DNA of 63,039 nt, counting the filler, from Octopus bimaculoides (lineage: Eukaryota): assembly GCF_001194135.2 (NCBI RefSeq). It is 8 parts of 7 records of this genome, joined end to end, with 100 filler letters (N's around TTAATTAATTAA, not from the genome) between each part and the next. Parts side by side here need not be neighbours in the genome. Positions count along the whole stretch, not along the records: positions 61,057 to 63,039 come from NW_026297778.1; 7 more parts are not named here. The stretch is one strand, 5' to 3'. The notes beneath the pieces are model-generated. The model had not been told where the DNA came from. It did not search any database and was given only the letters and a program-made list of their open reading frames with translations. Positions within the stretch are counted from its first letter, which is position 1. Every line of letters begins with the position of its first letter. Made by a program: the position numbers and the translations under genes. Below are positions 61,370 through 63,039 of this stretch, in pieces.

Positions 61370-61902
61370 CTGGGTGTGGCAAAATGCTCTGACATATTTG
61401 TAGGTTTAATAAAAGCAAAATAGAGTAAAGAACGAAAAGTGTGTTTTTATGTTCAAAATGTACATATAATGCCATTTTGTTTCATTTGGTTTTAGAAATC
61501 AAATCAGTCAAGTTGGTGCCATTATTGTCCACACAGTGTCAAAGGTGTTCACGAAAGTTTTCCATAACTTCACGGGTCATTTCATGTGGAATGGCAGCAA
61601 ATTCTTGACGAATGGCATCTTTTAATTGTTCAATAGATTGAGGGTGACAAGTGTATATCTTTGATTACAGGTATCCCCACAGAAAAAAAATCGCATGGGT
61701 TCAAACCAGGTGATCAGATGGGCCAACCGATATCACTGTGCAATGAAATCAAATGACCGGGGAACATCTCCTTCAAAATCCCCATCACATGTCAAGAAGT
61801 GTGGGCTGTTGCCCCATCCTGTTGAAACCAAACATTGTCCCTATCATCAAGTCCATTCAATTTTGGTTTCAGAAAAGTCTCTGGCATCATACAATATCGA
61901 TC
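61368..61902 (-). mobile_element. Tc1/mariner DD41D (rosa/Visitor-like) transposon, 3' part with TIR
   Basis: WFQQD-GATAHTS*HVMGILKEMFPGHLISLHSDIGWPI*SPGLNPC-DFF(L)WGYL has 41 residues between the 2nd and 3rd Asp; TA-flanked end TACTGGGTGTGGCAAAAT at 61368. Confidence 0.85.
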
Positions 61903-62629
61903 NNNNNNNNNNNNNNNNNNNNNNNNNNNNNNNNNNNNNNNNNNNNNNNNNNNNNNNNNNNNNNNNNNNNNNNNNNNNNNNNNNNNNNNNNNNNNNNNNN
62001 NNNNNNNNNNNNNNNNNNNNNNNNNNNNNNNNNNNNNNNNNNNNNNNNNNNNNNNNNNNNNNNNNNNNNNNNNNNNNNNNNNNNNNNNNNNNNNNNNNNN
62101 NNNNNNNNNNNNNNNNNNNNNNNNNNNNNNNNNNNNNNNNNNNNNNNNNNNNNNNNNNNNNNNNNNNNNNNNNNNNNNNNNNNNNNNNNNNNNNNNNNNN
62201 NNNNNNNNNNNNNNNNNNNNNNNNNNNNNNNNNNNNNNNNNNNNNNNNNNNNNNNNNNNNNNNNNNNNNNNNNNNNNNNNNNNNNNNNNNNNNNNNNNNN
62301 NNNNNNNNNNNNNNNNNNNNNNNNNNNNNNNNNNNNNNNNNNNNNNNNNNNNNNNNNNNNNNNNNNNNNNNNNNNNNNNNNNNNNNNNNNNNNNNNNNNN
62401 NNNNNNNNNNNNNNNNNNNNNNNNNNNNNNNNNNNNNNNNNNNNNNNNNNNNNNNNNNNNNNNNNNNNNNNNNNNNNNNNNNNNNNNNNNNNNNNNNNNN
62501 NNNNNNNNNNNNNNNNNNNNNNNNNNNNNNNNNNNNNNNNNNNNNNNNNNNNNNNNNNNNNNNNNNNNNNNNNTAGTATTCAGAAATGCACACACACACA
62601 TGCACACATGATGATACTAATGATGGTAC

Positions 62630-62790
62630 AGTCATAGTTGCATGGTTTAGAAGTTTGCTTCCCAAATTGTTCTTTGTTCATTCCCATTGCATAGCACCTT
62701 GGACATGTGTCTTCCACTAAAATCCCAAATTGACTAAAGCCTTGAGAATGGATTTGGTAGACAAAGACTGAAGAAGCCTGTTGTGTATAT
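62630..62790 (+). mobile_element. SINE family A, 5' part (diverged)
   Basis: GAAGTTTGCTTCCCAAA...CCTTGGACATGTGTCTTCCACTA...CTGAAGAAGCCTG. Confidence 0.65.
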
Positions 62791-63039
62791 ATAATGATGA
62801 ATGTGTGTATGTATGCACGCATGTGTGTGTGTGTGCGTGTGAGTTGTGTGTGTGTGTGTCTCCTTGTCCTGACATCATGTGATAGTTGTGAGTGTCATAT
62901 CAGGCAAGTAATTTCATTCGTTTTCCAATATTTTATATAAAAACGTGACTGACCATGGGGAAATAATAGCTTTTTTGGGAACAGGTGAGGGTTGGTGACA
63001 GGAAGAGCATCTGGTCATAGAATATCTATCTCTATAAAC

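Noticed and set aside
41-62822. Most ORFs in the supplied track (poly-X, YIYI, CVCV, HTHT, poly-I/L/S/T)
   Set aside because: They are translations of N gaps and microsatellites.

Overview
AT-rich, repeat-saturated metazoan draft-assembly DNA with many N gaps, several containing a TTAATTAATTAA linker. The repeat families and microsatellite load suggest an octopus (coleoid cephalopod) genome; this is an inference. One host gene is well supported: the last three coding exons of a nicotinamide riboside kinase (NMRK1-like, + strand; 4141-4212, 8673-8776, 11217-11314), which splice in frame and are essentially missed by the ORF track. Candidate exons of an unidentified minus-strand gene lie at 24638-24743 and 36952-37005. 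The rest is mobile DNA: an RTE LINE family with a structured, tandemly repeated 3' UTR; Dong/R4-like and HERO-like restriction-like-endonuclease (RLE) LINEs; at least four tRNA-derived SINE families; a TIR-to-TIR hAT (Buster/SPIN-like) element with an 8-bp TSD; a DD41D Tc1/mariner fragment; MITEs and foldbacks (one carrying inverted telomeric repeats); and non-autonomous Helitron-like elements. The most notable hidden signal is a set of hammerhead-ribozyme motifs: core-complete candidates at 34033-34091 (-) and 55822-55927 (+), a tRNA-headed SINE with a hammerhead-type tail (20641-20936, 40642-41120), and a hammerhead-like island with its strands in non-canonical order at 26-197. All pairings and translations were done by eye; no database searches or folding programs were run.
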